From Escherichia coli 042 (GTDB lineage Bacteria; Pseudomonadota; Gammaproteobacteria; Enterobacterales; Enterobacteriaceae), in NCBI RefSeq assembly GCF_000027125.1, contig NC_017626.1: a DNA stretch of 64,000 bases; one strand, given 5' to 3'. Position 1 is the stretch's first letter. Each line of letters starts with the position of its first letter. Below are positions 12,930 to 26,337 of this stretch, in pieces. The notes below the pieces were generated by a model. The model ran no database searches and was not told the origin of the DNA. It saw only the letters and a program-made list of their open reading frames with translations. The translations under genes were made by a program, and so were the position numbers.

Positions 12930-14007
12930 CCAGGCTGTAGCGCGTAGTGCTGAAACGCACACGCAGAGCGAAAGTGCCGTCTGGCGTGGCTAGCGCAAAG
13001 TTGAGATGTTCGTTCTCGAAACCAGAAACAGCCAGTGCCAGCCCGGCAAAATGGTTGGCCCGCCGTTCTGTAATCCAGTGCGCAGTTTGCGCCAGGGTTT
13101 CCTCCTGTGAAGGAACCACTTCACACGCCAGCAATGGAGCACCTGCGCGAGAAAGTTGCAAAGCCAATAAACCACCGGTGAATTGCTCGCTCAACGTCAG
13201 GCTGAACTGGCGGTTTTGCAATTCGCGGCTGATCTGCGAGGGCAGTCCTTCGGTACCTTCGAAAATCACGCTCTGTCCGGCAACACGTTTAACGTCCAGC
13301 CACAGTTTTTCCATCGCCTGTTTCTCGCTTGCCGGTCCGGTGAGTTTCAGTTCGATAATCGGCATAGAAGAGCGATAGCCCATTGTTACCCCCGGCGGCA
13401 GTTGCAGGGTGTCCAGGCTTTGTGCCAGATCGCTTTCCGAACGACCAAATGTAGTCAAACGCAGACAAACCGGCGGCTGCGGTAAAGAAAAACGCTCGCG
13501 CAGGCGCGGCAGGATTTCGTGCTCGACCATCACCTTAAATTCTGACGGTACGCCGGGGGTAAAGAACATCAGGCAACGATTAAGCTGCACGGCAAAACCA
13601 CAGGCGGTGCCTACCGGGTTATTGATAAATTCAGCACTGGCAGGTAGCTCCGCTTGTTTACGGTTGCTCGGTGTCATTACTCGTCCACGTTCGTGGAAAT
13701 AGCGTTCCATCTCTTTGAGCCAGGCCTCATGCAGCACCAGGCCTTCACCTTTTGCTGTTGCAGCGGCGAGTGCGCTTAAATCATCACTGGTCGGCCCCAG
13801 CCCGCCGTTAACGATCAGCACATCGGCGTGCTGACTCCGTTCGCGAAGAATGGTCACTAAGTCATCAAGGTTATCTCCCACCGTATTGCGGCGAGATAAT
13901 GGCAACCCCTGATGAAAGAAAAAATCGGCCAGCCAGGCAGCGTTAGTGTCAACGATTTGCCCGTGTAACACTTCATCCCCGGTGGATAGCATTTCCACTT
14001 TTAACAT
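12799..14007 (-). CDS. yfaY: CinA-like (competence/damage-inducible) protein
   Basis: 402-aa ORF starting MLKVEMLSTGDEVLHGQIVDTNAAW (MoCF-binding CinA N-terminal domain); recognised as YfaY. Confidence 0.85.
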   Translation of the reverse strand: MLKVEMLSTGDEVLHGQIVDTNAAWLADFFFHQGLPLSRRNTVGDNLDDLVTILRERSQHADVLIVNGGLGPTSDDLSALAAATAKGEGLVLHEAWLKEMERYFHERGRVMTPSNRKQAELPASAEFINNPVGTACGFAVQLNRCLMFFTPGVPSEFKVMVEHEILPRLRERFSLPQPPVCLRLTTFGRSESDLAQSLDTLQLPPGVTMGYRSSMPIIELKLTGPASEKQAMEKLWLDVKRVAGQSVIFEGTEGLPSQISRELQNRQFSLTLSEQFTGGLLALQLSRAGAPLLACEVVPSQEETLAQTAHWITERRANHFAGLALAVSGFENEHLNFALATPDGTFALRVRFSTTRYSLAIRQEVCAMMALNMLRRWLNGQDIASEHGWIEVVESMTLSSAL

Positions 14008-14106
14008 GGTTATCTCCTGCTTTTGTTATCGAATCACTATAACGCAAAGGAAGATAAGGCGTAGTAAGAAACTGAATGGCGCGACAGAATGCCGCGCCGG
14101 AAGGGA

Positions 14107-14649
14107 TCAGAAACTGGCGTTAACCCCAACATACGGGCCGTCAGCCACGGCGTTGTCGCGGTTACCGTCTTTACCAGAAAGGTTCAGGTAGCGATAGCCC
14201 GCCTCAATACTCACTGGACGCATAATGGTGTAACGCGCGCCCGCATTCGCTTCCTCATAACTTTTAATACCGCTGGAGAGCGAATCCGGAGAGTAGTAAT
14301 ACTCGCCAAACAAACGGAAGCTGTTGCCAATTTTCCACTGCAAACCACCTCCTACCGCTGCGGCATAACCTTCATCGCCGTAATTCGGGTTGGTGTAAAC
14401 GCCTTTTCCGCCAACGGTCGCCATTAACGGCCCGAGAGGCAGATTCAACCCCAGCCCCACGCCCGCGACGTCACCGTCGTCGTCGTTATGTGTCCAGTTA
14501 CCGCTTAACGCCAGGCCCGTCGATTCAGTCCCAAAACCGACACCAATATTGGTGTATTCTTTACCCGCCTGACCGCTGATGCTCATTGCATTGACCGATG
14601 CAGAAACCAACAGCATTCCGGCCAGACCTGCTAGCGCAATTTTTTTCAT
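14107..14649 (-). CDS. yfaZ: outer-membrane beta-barrel protein YfaZ
   Basis: Start taken at MKKIALAGLAGMLLVSASVNA (signal peptide), 180 aa, C-terminal Phe. Confidence 0.85.
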   Translation of the reverse strand: MKKIALAGLAGMLLVSASVNAMSISGQAGKEYTNIGVGFGTESTGLALSGNWTHNDDDGDVAGVGLGLNLPLGPLMATVGGKGVYTNPNYGDEGYAAAVGGGLQWKIGNSFRLFGEYYYSPDSLSSGIKSYEEANAGARYTIMRPVSIEAGYRYLNLSGKDGNRDNAVADGPYVGVNASF

Positions 14650-14927
14650 TTTCCCCTCTCCCACAAGCAATAAATCAAAATTCCCAAAGCTGCGGGATTG
14701 TACTGCCTGGCACAGAGGATTCAATGAGCGAAAAAAGGGATCTAGTCACTTATTGTAACTAAATACTTCTTAAATAATTAAACGCCGAAAAAATAAACAC
14801 ACTTTACCGATACACACAAAAATAATAATAAGTGCAGTTATCATCGCAAAAGAGATTACTGTCACTTTCACATATTTCTGAGTTACCGTATTCTCATGGT
14901 TTCTTTTTATTTATAAGGAATATCCCC

Positions 14928-15353
14928 GTGCGACAACGGACTATTGTATGCCCTTTGATTCAAAATGATGGTGCTTATTTGCTGTGTAAAATGGCCGACG
15001 ATCGCGGCGTTTTCCCCGGTCAATGGGCGCTTTCGGGTGGTGGCGTGGAGCCTGGCGAACGAATTGAAGAGGCACTACGCCGCGAAATTCGCGAAGAACT
15101 GGGAGAACAGCTGCTTTTGACAGAAATCACGCCGTGGACCTTCAGCGATGATATTCGCACCAAGACGTATGCAGATGGTCGCAAGGAAGAGATTTATATG
15201 ATTTACCTGACTTTTGACTGCGTTTCTGCCAACCGAGAAGTGAAAATAAACGAAGAGTTTCAGGACTACGCGTGGGTAAAACCTGAAGATCTGGTGCATT
15301 ATGATTTGAATGTCGCCACCCGAAAAACGTTACGTTTGAAAGGTCTTCTGTAA
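14928..15353 (+). CDS. nudI: Nudix hydrolase (nucleoside triphosphatase NudI)
   Basis: GTG start at 14928 with AAGGAA 8 nt upstream; Nudix box [24 protein letters not shown]; 141 aa. Confidence 0.85.
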   Translation: MRQRTIVCPLIQNDGAYLLCKMADDRGVFPGQWALSGGGVEPGERIEEALRREIREELGEQLLLTEITPWTFSDDIRTKTYADGRKEEIYMIYLTFDCVSANREVKINEEFQDYAWVKPEDLVHYDLNVATRKTLRLKGLL

Positions 15354-15361
15354 TAATGATG

Positions 15362-15381
15362 ACAGCCATTACTGGCTGTCA
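15362..15381. terminator. putative bidirectional hairpin between convergent nudI and ais
   Basis: GACAGCCA-TTAC-TGGCTGTC, an 8-bp stem. Confidence 0.4.
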
Positions 15382-15391
15382 GATTGAAAAT

Positions 15392-15994
15392 TTAGTGGTT
15401 AACGAATTCCCCATCCAGATAAACTTTGCCTTTTTCCACATGCATGACTAAACCATCCAGATAATCAGGTTTAAATGTCGCATCACGCTTATCTTTAGCA
15501 ATATATGTCAGGCAATGATTATGGGTGAAAATAACGATATTTTTATCAGGCGCTTTGCTTTGTAAGTCCTTAATTGCACTATAAATCTCATTACCGCACT
15601 GAAGAAGTCGTTTATCTACCGTCAGCTTTTTACCCGCTGAAAACCAGGTCGCCGACTGAATGGTCCGGACGGTATTACTGGAATAAAGATCGAAATCAGG
15701 GATATCAGCACTAAAAGCGTTGCCCAGTTCACGGGCATCCTGGGTACCTTTGACCGTAATACCTGTTTTATCTGACAAGCATTGATTGGTTGAACGATCG
15801 CAACGTTCAGCATGGCGAAACAAAACGACAACCGGATGCTGCTGTGCCAGTCTGGCCAGCGTTTTATTGTCGATACGTGGCAAACCATTGCTACTCCAGG
15901 CGGCATGAGTACCCAGTCCGGCAATTGCAGCGAGCGCCAGTAAAATGATGAAATATTTTTTTGACTTCAACGAAGAGCGGCAAAAAGCTAACAC
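15392..15994 (-). CDS. ais: Ais/PmrG histidine-phosphatase-family protein (lipopolysaccharide core phosphatase)
   Basis: Recognised as Ais; start taken at the GTG giving (M)[14 protein letters not shown], 200 aa. Confidence 0.85.
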   Translation of the reverse strand: MLAFCRSSLKSKKYFIILLALAAIAGLGTHAAWSSNGLPRIDNKTLARLAQQHPVVVLFRHAERCDRSTNQCLSDKTGITVKGTQDARELGNAFSADIPDFDLYSSNTVRTIQSATWFSAGKKLTVDKRLLQCGNEIYSAIKDLQSKAPDKNIVIFTHNHCLTYIAKDKRDATFKPDYLDGLVMHVEKGKVYLDGEFVNH

Positions 15995-16186
15995 GTAAAC
16001 TCCACCTATAGACAAGCGCAACCAGACAATTACCGTGAAATTGAGCGACATTTCTGGCGATAATTAGCAGTTGGTGTAATATTAAAAATCCTGCGATGCC
16101 GGCAAAATGCCTCAAAATTTTGCCAAATGCAAAGCCTAAATAAGAAAAAATATAAAAATTTCAATATTTACGTCTAATATTAGTTT

Positions 16187-16203
16187 CTTAAGGTTAAGTT
16201 AAT
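16187..16203 (+). promoter_or_regulatory. PmrA (BasR) box upstream of arnB
   Basis: CTTAAG-GTTAA-GTTAAT direct repeat (consensus YTTAAK-N5-YTTAAK), about 80 bp upstream of the arnB ATG. Confidence 0.65.
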
Positions 16204-16283
16204 ATTCTATCCTTAAAATTTTGCTCCAAATGGCAAAATATACACAACACTCTTTATAGCAAATATAAGTGGACAGGTATTCA

Positions 16284-17441
16284 ATGGCGGAAGGAAAAGC
16301 AATGTCAGAATTTTTGCCTTTTTCGCGACCAGCAATGGGCGTGGAGGAACTCGCTGCAGTTAAAGAGGTTCTCGAATCCGGTTGGATCACAACCGGTCCG
16401 AAGAATCAGGCGCTTGAACAAGCCTTTTGCCAGTTGACGGGAAATCAGCATGCCATCGCGGTCAGTTCAGCCACCGCCGGAATGCATATCACGCTAATGG
16501 CGTTGGAAATTGGCAAGGGCGATGAAGTGATTACGCCTTCCCTGACCTGGGTTTCAACCCTCAATATGATTTCCTTGTTGGGTGCAACGCCGGTAATGGT
16601 GGATGTCGACCACGATACGCTGATGGTCACGCCTGAAGCGATCGAGTCAGCCATTACGCCACGCACTAAAGCCATCATTCCGGTGCATTATGCCGGTGCG
16701 CCAGCAGATATTGACGCCATTCGCGCCATTGGCGAACGTTACGGCATCGCAGTTATCGAAGATGCTGCCCATGCCGTCGGTACGTATTACAAAGGGCGAC
16801 ATATTGGCACAAAAGGTACCGCTATTTTTTCGTTTCACGCCATCAAAAATATTACCTGTGCGGAAGGTGGCCTGATTGTTACAGATAATGAAAACCTTGC
16901 CCGCCAGCTACGGATGCTGAAATTTCACGGTCTGGGTGTCGATGCCTATGACAGACAAACCTGGGGCCGTGCACCGCAAGCTGAAGTCTTAACACCGGGC
17001 TATAAGTACAATCTGACCGATATTAACGCCGCGATTGCCCTGACACAGTTAGCAAAATTAGAGCACCTCAACACCCGTCGGCGCGAAATTGCCCAGCAAT
17101 ATCAGCAAGCACTGGCAGCTCTCCCCTTTCAGCCATTAAGCCTTCCCGCCTGGCCGCACGTTCACGCCTGGCATCTGTTTATTATTCGTGTCGATGAACA
17201 ACGTTGTGGTATCAGTCGCGATGCGTTGATGGAAGCGTTAAAAGAAAGAGGTATTGGTACCGGGTTACATTTCCGCGCCGCTCACACACAAAAATATTAT
17301 CGCGAGCGTTTTCCCACGCTGTCGTTACCGAATACCGAATGGAATAGCGAACGCATCTGTTCGTTGCCGCTGTTCCCGGATATGACCACCGCCGATGCCG
17401 ACCGCGTCATCACAGCCCTTCAGCAACTCGCAGGACAATAA
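16284..17441 (+). CDS. arnB: UDP-4-amino-4-deoxy-L-arabinose aminotransferase
   Basis: DegT/ArnB PLP aminotransferase fold; start at [10 protein letters not shown], 385 aa. Confidence 0.93.
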   Translation: MAEGKAMSEFLPFSRPAMGVEELAAVKEVLESGWITTGPKNQALEQAFCQLTGNQHAIAVSSATAGMHITLMALEIGKGDEVITPSLTWVSTLNMISLLGATPVMVDVDHDTLMVTPEAIESAITPRTKAIIPVHYAGAPADIDAIRAIGERYGIAVIEDAAHAVGTYYKGRHIGTKGTAIFSFHAIKNITCAEGGLIVTDNENLARQLRMLKFHGLGVDAYDRQTWGRAPQAEVLTPGYKYNLTDINAAIALTQLAKLEHLNTRRREIAQQYQQALAALPFQPLSLPAWPHVHAWHLFIIRVDEQRCGISRDALMEALKERGIGTGLHFRAAHTQKYYRERFPTLSLPNTEWNSERICSLPLFPDMTTADADRVITALQQLAGQ

Positions 17442-18412
<971 letters not shown>

Positions 18413-18413
<1 letters not shown>

Positions 18414-20395
18414 TGAAAACCGTCGTTTTTGCCTACCACGATATGGGATGCCTCGGTATTGAAGCCCTGCTGGCTGCCGGTTACGAAATTAGCGCCATTT
18501 TTACCCATACCGATAATCCCGGTGAAAAAGCCTTTTATGGTTCGGTGGCTCGTCTGGCGGCGGAAAGAGGCATTCCGGTTTATGCGCCGGATAACGTTAA
18601 TCATCCGCTGTGGGTGGAACGTATTGCCCAACTCTCACCAGAGGTGATTTTCTCTTTTTATTATCGCCATCTTATTTGCGACGAGATTTTGCAGCTCGCT
18701 CCCGCAGGTGCATTTAATCTGCATGGTTCGCTGTTACCAAAATATCGTGGTCGCGCGCCGCTGAACTGGGTGCTGGTGAACGGTGAAACGGAAACTGGCG
18801 TTACATTGCACCGAATGGTGAAACGTGCCGATGCCGGGGCCATTGTGGCGCAACTGCGCATTGCCATTGCGCCAGACGATATCGCCATTACGCTGCATCA
18901 TAAGTTATGTCATGCCGCGCGCCAGCTACTGGAGCAGACATTACCCACCATTAAACACGGTAATATTCTGGAAATCGCCCAGCGCGAAAACGAAGCCACC
19001 TGTTTTGGTCGCAGAACACCGGAAGACAGTTTCCTCGAATGGCATAAACCGGCATCCGTGCTGCACAACATGGTGCGTGCCGTTGCCGATCCGTGGCCGG
19101 GTGCCTTCAGCTATGTTGGTAATCAGAAATTTACCGTCTGGTCGTCACGCGTGCATTCTCATGCGCCTGCAGCACAGCCGGGGAGCGTGATTTCTGTAGC
19201 GCCACTGCTGATTGCCTGTGGCGATGGCGCGCTGGAAATCGTCACCGGACAGGCGGGCGACGGCATTACTATGCAGGGCTCGCAATTAGCGCAGACGCTG
19301 GGCCTGGTGCAAGGTTCACGCTTGAATAGCCAGCCTGCCTGCACCGCCCGACGCCGTACCCGGGTACTCATCCTCGGGGTGAATGGCTTTATTGGCAACC
19401 ATCTGACAGAACGCCTGCTGCGCGAAGATCATTATGAAGTTTACGGTCTGGATATTGGCAGCGATGCGATAAGCCGTTTTCTGAATCATCCGCATTTTCA
19501 CTTTGTCGAAGGCGATATCAGTATTCATTCCGAATGGATTGAGTATCACGTCAAAAAATGTGATGTCGTCTTGCCGCTGGTGGCGATAGCCACGCCGATT
19601 GAATATACCCGCAACCCACTGCGCGTATTTGAACTCGATTTTGAAGAGAATCTACGCATTATCCGCTACTGCGTGAAGTACCGTAAGCGAATCATCTTCC
19701 CGTCGACTTCAGAAGTTTATGGGATGTGTAGCGATAAATACTTCGATGAGGACCATTCTAATTTAATCGTCGGCCCGGTGAATAAACCACGCTGGATTTA
19801 TTCGGTGTCTAAACAATTACTTGATCGAGTGATCTGGGCCTATGGCGAAAAAGAGGGTTTACAGTTCACCCTCTTCCGCCCGTTTAACTGGATGGGGCCA
19901 CGACTGGATAACCTTAATGCAGCGCGAATTGGCAGCTCCCGCGCTATTACGCAACTCATTCTCAATCTGGTAGAAGGTTCACCGATTAAGCTGATTGATG
20001 GCGGAAAACAAAAACGCTGCTTTACTGATATTCGCGATGGTATCGAGGCGTTATACCGCATCATCGAAAATGCGGGAAATCGCTGCGACGGCGAAATTAT
20101 CAACATTGGCAATCCTGATAACGAAGCGAGCATTGAGGAACTGGGCGAGATGCTGCTGGCGAGCTTCGAAAAACATCCGCTGCGCCATCACTTCCCACCG
20201 TTTGCGGGCTTTCGCGTTGTCGAAAGTAGCAGCTACTACGGCAAAGGATATCAGGACGTAGAGCATCGTAAACCAAGCATCCGCAATGCCCGCCGCTGCC
20301 TGGACTGGGAGCCGAAAATTGATATGCAGGAAACCATCGACGAAACGCTGGATTTCTTCCTGCGCACCGTTGATCTTACGGATAAACCATCATGA
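18413..20395 (+). CDS. arnA: bifunctional UDP-glucuronic acid decarboxylase / UDP-L-Ara4N formyltransferase
   Basis: 660 aa; N-terminal formyltransferase domain and C-terminal SDR domain ([10 protein letters not shown]). Confidence 0.95.
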
Positions 20396-21282
20396 CCAAA
20401 GTAGGCTTACGCATTGATGTCGATACCTTTCGTGGCACCCGTGAAGGCGTGCCGCGTCTGCTGGAAATCTTGAGTAAGCATAATATTCAGGCCAGCATTT
20501 TTTTCAGCGTCGGCCCGGACAATATGGGCCGCCATCTCTGGCGACTGGTGAAGCCACAGTTTTTGTGGAAGATGCTGCGCTCAAACGCGGCATCGCTTTA
20601 TGGCTGGGATATTTTACTGGCAGGTACGGCCTGGCCAGGTAAAGAGATTGGTCATGCCAATGCCGATATCATTCGTGAAGCGGCTAAACACCACGAAGTC
20701 GGCCTGCACGCCTGGGATCACCATGCCTGGCAAGCCCATAGCGGTAACTGGGATCGGCAAACAATGGTCGACGATATCGCACGCGGCCTTCGCACCCTGG
20801 AAGAAATTATCGGCCAACCGGTAACTTGCTCCGCAGCCGCTGGCTGGCGTGCCGACCAGCAGGTGATCGAAGCAAAAGAAGCGTTCCATTTGCGCTACAA
20901 CAGCGATTGTCGTGGAGCGATGCCGTTTCGTCCATTGCTCGAATCAGGAAAACCCGGTACTGCGCAAATTCCGGTGACCTTACCCACCTGGGATGAAGTG
21001 ATTGGTCGGGATGTGAAATCAGAAGATTTTAACGGTTGGTTACTCAACCGCATCCTGCGAGATAAAGGCACGCCGGTTTATACCATTCATGCAGAAGTTG
21101 AAGGCTGCGCTTATCAGCATAATTTTGTGGATCTCCTGAAACGGGCAGCCCAGGAAGGCGTGACATTTTGCCCTTTAAGCGAACTGTTATCAGGGACGTT
21201 ACCACTCGGACAAGTTGTTCGCGGAAATATTGCCGGACGTGAAGGCTGGCTGGGTTGCCAACAAATTGCGGGTAGTCGCTGA
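20392..21282 (+). CDS. arnD: 4-deoxy-4-formamido-L-arabinose-phosphoundecaprenol deformylase
   Basis: 296 aa, polysaccharide-deacetylase fold; ATGA overlap with arnA. Confidence 0.93.
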   Translation: MTKVGLRIDVDTFRGTREGVPRLLEILSKHNIQASIFFSVGPDNMGRHLWRLVKPQFLWKMLRSNAASLYGWDILLAGTAWPGKEIGHANADIIREAAKHHEVGLHAWDHHAWQAHSGNWDRQTMVDDIARGLRTLEEIIGQPVTCSAAAGWRADQQVIEAKEAFHLRYNSDCRGAMPFRPLLESGKPGTAQIPVTLPTWDEVIGRDVKSEDFNGWLLNRILRDKGTPVYTIHAEVEGCAYQHNFVDLLKRAAQEGVTFCPLSELLSGTLPLGQVVRGNIAGREGWLGCQQIAGSR

Positions 21283-22934
21283 TGAAATCGGTACGTTACC
21301 TTATCGGCCTCTTCGCGTTTATTGCCTGCTATTACCTGTTACCGATCAGCACGCGTCTGCTATGGCAACCCGATGAAACGCGTTATGCGGAAATCAGTCG
21401 AGAAATGCTGGCATCCGGCGACTGGATTGTGCCCCATTTGTTAGGGTTACGTTATTTCGAAAAACCCATTGCCGGATACTGGATTAACAGCATTGGGCAA
21501 TGGCTATTTGGCGCGAATAACTTTGGTGTGCGGGCAGGCGTTATCTTTGCGACCCTGTTAACTGCCGCGCTGGTGACCTGGTTTACTCTGCGCTTATGGC
21601 GCGATAAACGTCTGGCATTACTCGCCGCAGTGATTTACCTCTCATTGTTCATTGTCTATGCCATCGGCACTTATGCCGTGCTCGATCCGTTTATTGCCTT
21701 CTGGCTGGTGGCGGGAATGTGCAGCTTCTGGCTGGCAATGCAGGCACAGACGTGGAAAGGCAAAAGCGCAGGATTTTTACTGCTGGGAATCACCTGCGGC
21801 ATGGGGGTGATGACCAAAGGTTTTCTCGCCCTTGCCGTGCCGGTATTAAGCGTGCTGCCATGGGTGGCGATGCAAAAACGCTGGAAAGATCTCTTTATTT
21901 ACGGCTGGCTGGCGGTCATCAGTTGCGTACTGACGGTTCTCCCCTGGGGACTGGCGATAGCGCAGCGGGAGCCTGACTTCTGGCACTATTTTTTCTGGGT
22001 TGAGCATATTCAACGCTTTGCACTGGATGATGCCCAACATAGAGCTCCGTTCTGGTACTACTTGCCGGTCATCATTGCCGGTAGCCTGCCGTGGCTGGGA
22101 TTACTCCCCGGAGCACTGTACGCAGGCTGGAAAAACCGCAAGCATTCCGCAACCGTCTATTTGTTGAGCTGGACGATAATGCCGCTGCTGTTTTTCTCCG
22201 TCGCTAAAGGCAAATTGCCCACCTATATTCTTTCCTGCTTTGCACCTCTGGCAATGCTGATGGCGCATTACGCTTTGCTGGCAGCAAAAAATAATCCTCT
22301 GGCGTTGCGGATTAATGGCTGGATTAACATCGCTTTTGGCGTCACTGGCATTATTGCTACGTTTGTGGTCTCCCCCTGGGGACCTATGAGCACGCCGGTG
22401 TGGCAAACCTTCGAGAGCTATAAAGTCTTCTGTGCATGGTCGATTTTTTCGCTATGGGCATTTTTCGGCTGGTACACCTTAACAAACGTCGAAAAGACCT
22501 GGTATTTTGCCGCACTTTGCCCGCTGGGGCTGGCGTTGCTGGTAGGATTTTCAATTCCTGACAGAGTCATGGAAGGAAAACATCCGCAATTTTTTGTCGA
22601 GATGACACAAGAATCACTGCAGCCAAGCCGCTATATTCTTACTGACAGCGTGGGCGTTGCCGCAGGTCTGGCATGGAGCCTGCAACGCGATGACATCATC
22701 ATGTATCGTCAGACAGGTGAGTTGAAATACGGCCTTAATTATCCGGATGCGAAAGGGAAATTTGTCAGCGGTGATGAGTTTGCAAACTGGCTTAATCAAC
22801 ATCGTCAGGAGGGGATTATTACACTCGTGCTTTCGGTTGACCGCGATGAAGATATCAACAGTCTCGCCATTCCGCCCGCAGATGCCATCGATCGTCAGGA
22901 GCGTCTGGTGCTGATTCAGTATCGGCCCAAATGA
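21282..22934 (+). CDS. arnT: undecaprenyl-phosphate-alpha-L-Ara4N transferase
   Basis: 550-aa polytopic membrane protein recognised as ArnT. Confidence 0.93.
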   Translation: MKSVRYLIGLFAFIACYYLLPISTRLLWQPDETRYAEISREMLASGDWIVPHLLGLRYFEKPIAGYWINSIGQWLFGANNFGVRAGVIFATLLTAALVTWFTLRLWRDKRLALLAAVIYLSLFIVYAIGTYAVLDPFIAFWLVAGMCSFWLAMQAQTWKGKSAGFLLLGITCGMGVMTKGFLALAVPVLSVLPWVAMQKRWKDLFIYGWLAVISCVLTVLPWGLAIAQREPDFWHYFFWVEHIQRFALDDAQHRAPFWYYLPVIIAGSLPWLGLLPGALYAGWKNRKHSATVYLLSWTIMPLLFFSVAKGKLPTYILSCFAPLAMLMAHYALLAAKNNPLALRINGWINIAFGVTGIIATFVVSPWGPMSTPVWQTFESYKVFCAWSIFSLWAFFGWYTLTNVEKTWYFAALCPLGLALLVGFSIPDRVMEGKHPQFFVEMTQESLQPSRYILTDSVGVAAGLAWSLQRDDIIMYRQTGELKYGLNYPDAKGKFVSGDEFANWLNQHRQEGIITLVLSVDRDEDINSLAIPPADAIDRQERLVLIQYRPK

Positions 22935-23266
22935 TCTGGCTAACATTAGTCTTTGCCAGCTTGCTTAGCGTTGCCGGGCAGTTGTGTCAGAAACAAGCAA
23001 CCTGCTTTGTGGCGATAAACATACGGCGCAAACATATCGTGCAGTGGCTGGGACTGGCGCTGGCTTGTCTTGGCCTTGCCATGGTGCTCTGGCTGCTGGT
23101 CTTGCAGAACGTACCGGTAGGCATTGCCTACCCGATGTTAAGTCTGAATTTTGTCTGGGTGACGCTGGCTGCAGTAAAACTGTGGCACGAGCCGGTATCA
23201 CTGCGTCACTGGTGTGGGGTGGCGTTCATTATTGGCGGCATTGTGATCCTCGGGAGTACGGTGTAA
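22931..23266 (+). CDS. arnE: Ara4N-phosphoundecaprenol flippase subunit ArnE
   Basis: 111 aa, SMR-like four-helix membrane protein. Confidence 0.9.
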   Translation: MIWLTLVFASLLSVAGQLCQKQATCFVAINIRRKHIVQWLGLALACLGLAMVLWLLVLQNVPVGIAYPMLSLNFVWVTLAAVKLWHEPVSLRHWCGVAFIIGGIVILGSTV

Positions 23267-23652
23267 TGGGCCTGATGTGGGGATTATTCAGCGTCATTAT
23301 TGCCTCAGCTGCGCAATTAAGCCTGGGTTATGCGGCGAGTCATCTACCGCCGATGACGCACTTATGGGATTTTATCGCGGCGCTGTTAGCTTTTGGCCTG
23401 GATGCCCGGATACTGTTACTCGGGCTGCTGGGTTATCTGCTTTCCGTTTTTTGTTGGTATAAAACGCTACATAAACTTGCGTTAAGCAAAGCCTATGCCT
23501 TGCTCAGTATGAGCTATGTGCTGGTATGGATTGCATCAATGATACTTCCCGGCTGGGAAGGAACTTTTTCGCTGAAGGCACTACTGGGAGTTGCTTGTAT
23601 TATGAGCGGGTTGATGTTGATTTTCCTGCCCACGACAAAACAACGTTACTGA
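23266..23652 (+). CDS. arnF: Ara4N-phosphoundecaprenol flippase subunit ArnF
   Basis: ATG at 23266 overlapping the arnE stop (TAATG); 128 aa starting [17 protein letters not shown]. Confidence 0.88.
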   Translation: MGLMWGLFSVIIASAAQLSLGYAASHLPPMTHLWDFIAALLAFGLDARILLLGLLGYLLSVFCWYKTLHKLALSKAYALLSMSYVLVWIASMILPGWEGTFSLKALLGVACIMSGLMLIFLPTTKQRY

Positions 23653-23912
23653 GTTTTCCCTGCCGCTGTACACTGCCGTTCCCACTCATCGGGGCTATAA
23701 CTGCTTGCCGAGAGGACTTTCACCGTATGCAGCTTTTCACGATTAATACAATAAAGCGCATTCTGCAAAGGTGAGAGTAAATCCCCCACTTTCACGGCGA
23801 AGTCACTCTTCACTTCGGCGATCATTTTTATCGCGCCGCCAGCATCGCAGAGCATAAGTACATGTCTGTTATCTTGTTTATTGCAGCACGATTTTTTGAC
23901 CAGCCATTCCAT
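23646..23912 (-). CDS. pmrD: signal-transduction connector protein PmrD
   Basis: Start taken at [26 protein letters not shown], 88 aa; convergent with arnF. Confidence 0.88.
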   Translation of the reverse strand: MEWLVKKSCCNKQDNRHVLMLCDAGGAIKMIAEVKSDFAVKVGDLLSPLQNALYCINREKLHTVKVLSASSYSPDEWERQCTAAGKTQ

Positions 23913-24021
23913 TGCATTATCCTGTTTGCTAAGAGTTTTCACATCAATTTACAGATTAACAGATAAACTCTTTATCAACGGCAATGGAATGGCAGAAATG
24001 AGAAGTGAAACGGAGGATTAA

Positions 24022-25377
24022 TTATTGCTGGCGTTGCACCCACTCTTTTAGCGCCTGACGTGAAATTTTAATACCGCCGTTTTTCAGCTCCGGCGGCAGA
24101 GTTAGCCAGCGCACCGGTTGTTGAAAACGAGCCAGCTTATCTTTCACCCATTCGTCAAGATCAACGGTTTGCTGGTCATACTCCACCACCGCTACCGGCC
24201 GATGACCAAACTCCTTGTCGGCAACGGGAACGATAAACACCTGCAAAACTGCAGGATGTGCAGCAATAACACGCTCGACTTCTTCCGGCTGAATACCCTC
24301 ACCGCCACTGAAGAACAGATTATCTAAACGTCCGACAATGGTCAGCTTGCCATTATGCATCTCACCGCGATCGCGCGTGGCGTACCAGCCTTCGTCATTA
24401 ATCAGTGGAACCAGTTGCCCGTTACGCCAGTAACCTTCTGCCATACTGGCAGCCCGCAGCCACACTTCATCATTAACGATTTTCACTTCCCGCCCCGGCA
24501 GCGGCGAACCGACGTCCGCCAGGCCGTCGGCTTCTTTCGCACACACCGTGGAGGCAAACTCGGTCAGACCATAGCCGCAAAAGCAACGAATCCCCTGCTC
24601 GCGCGCCTGTTCCGTCAACTCGACCGGGATAGCCGCACCGCCAAGTAACACCGCTTTCAGGGAAACGGAACTGCGGTTAACCAGCAAACGCCAGAGTTGT
24701 GTTGGCACCAGTGAAGCGTGAGTACAGCCTGCCAGCATTTGCTCCAATGGCTGTTTATCACGTACCGTCATCCGCGCGCCAGCGTATAACCAGCGCCACA
24801 TAATTCCCTGGCCGGAGACGTGAAACAGCGGTAAAGAGAGCAACCAGTCATCGTGCTCGCCAAACGGTATCAGCGATAACACACCTTGCGCACTGGCAAG
24901 ATGGGCCTGATAAGTATGAACAGCGGCTTTCGGCAAACCGGTAGAGCCGGAGGTCAACGTCATTGAGCACAGACGCGTCGGCTGCCACGCAGCGGCATGT
25001 GCGCCTTCAACCAGCTGAATGTGCAGCGACGTTAACGCCGGAAACGTGTTTTCCCCATCCGGCACCAGCGCAAATTGCAGCGTCAGATTGGGGAGCAATT
25101 CCTCAAGTAACGGTTGCGGCAGCTGTGGATTCACGGGCAGCACCCGCGCCCCGCATTGCAGTAACGCCAGCCAGGCCAGCAGCGTTTGCGGCGAATTCCA
25201 CGCCCGCAACATCACGCCGCTGCCCTCAACAACGCCCTGCGCCGCAAAGCCGGAGGCTAATTCATCGACGCGAGCACAAAGCTCGCGCCAGTTAAGTTGC
25301 TCGTCATTAAGACGTAAGGCGATGGCTTCTCCCCGCACTTGCCGCCAGTGACGCCACGGCCAGTCAGAGAAGATCAT
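24022..25377 (-). CDS. menE: o-succinylbenzoate-CoA ligase
   Basis: 451-aa adenylate-forming enzyme recognised as MenE. Confidence 0.93.
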   Translation of the reverse strand: MIFSDWPWRHWRQVRGEAIALRLNDEQLNWRELCARVDELASGFAAQGVVEGSGVMLRAWNSPQTLLAWLALLQCGARVLPVNPQLPQPLLEELLPNLTLQFALVPDGENTFPALTSLHIQLVEGAHAAAWQPTRLCSMTLTSGSTGLPKAAVHTYQAHLASAQGVLSLIPFGEHDDWLLSLPLFHVSGQGIMWRWLYAGARMTVRDKQPLEQMLAGCTHASLVPTQLWRLLVNRSSVSLKAVLLGGAAIPVELTEQAREQGIRCFCGYGLTEFASTVCAKEADGLADVGSPLPGREVKIVNDEVWLRAASMAEGYWRNGQLVPLINDEGWYATRDRGEMHNGKLTIVGRLDNLFFSGGEGIQPEEVERVIAAHPAVLQVFIVPVADKEFGHRPVAVVEYDQQTVDLDEWVKDKLARFQQPVRWLTLPPELKNGGIKISRQALKEWVQRQQ

Positions 25378-26337
25378 AACAGCCGCTCCAGTGCATCAAC
25401 TTCCACTAACGGTAGCGGGCTACCCGGCCAGCGACGAACCTGCTGCGCCTGCATCAGATCCAGCGTGTCCAGCCCCGGAATGGTGTCTGGCGTTAACCAG
25501 GCGGCAATCCGCGCCAGTTGCGTTAAGCCTAAGCTCGACTCAATAGAAGAACTGATCACCGCCGTCAGCCCCAACGCGTGCGCTGCCTGTACCTGCTCGC
25601 GTACTTTTTCCAGACTGCCCGTGAGCGTGGGTTTGATAACTACCGCGCGCACGCCCTCTTCAGCCACAAAGGCAAAATCCGGCTCGCGCAGGCTTTCATC
25701 CCAGGCAATGGCAATGCCGGTTTCACGGGCAAACGCACGCGAATCATCGCGGGTTTTGCACGGTTCTTCGAGAAACGCGATGCGGTGGCGATAATCCGGG
25801 TTAACGTATTTGGCAAACTGCTGGCCTTTCAGCGGTGTCCAGGCGCGATTCGCGTCAAGACGCAAATGCAGATCCGGAATTGCCTCCAGCAACAGATTAA
25901 CCACCATGCCGTCGCGCACCGCTTCGTACAATCCCACTTTGACCTTCGCCACTTTCTCGCCTGGCATATCGGCAAGTTTCAGGATCAGATCGTCAGGATC
26001 GCCATTACACAGTGGTGCCGCACGGTAATTGGCCGCCCGCGGGAGCGTGTCTGCCAGCTCCGCCAATGCACAGCTTATGCCAAAGGCGACGGAAGGCATT
26101 TGCGGTAATTCGCAATCGCCTGCCAGCCAGTTATTTACCCAGGCAAGCAGCACACTTTGCGCCTCTTCCCAGGTTTCCTGACTAAAGCCCGGCAGTGGGG
26201 AGATCTCCCCCCCACCCTTCACGCTCGCCCTCACGCAGGCAAACGTACAGCCCGTCGCGGGTTTTTAACCGCCTGTCGCGCAGAACCACCCCCGCGTCCA
26301 TGGGGATCTGCCAGCGGTATACCTGCGCGCTACGCAT
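25374..26337 (-). pseudogene. menC: o-succinylbenzoate synthase, reading frame interrupted by a +1 frameshift (964 nt instead of 963)
   Basis: ATG at 26337-26335 overlaps the menB stop (TAATG). After codon 43 the frame shifts at a C7 run (26207-26213, G7 on the coding strand) and reaches a TAG at 26184-26182. The rest of MenC continues in another frame to 25374. Confidence 0.8.

Noticed and set aside
23913-24021. Possible PhoP box upstream of pmrD
   Set aside because: Only a loose resemblance to the TGTTTA-N5-TGTTTA direct repeat could be seen by eye; not confident enough to annotate without a matrix scan.
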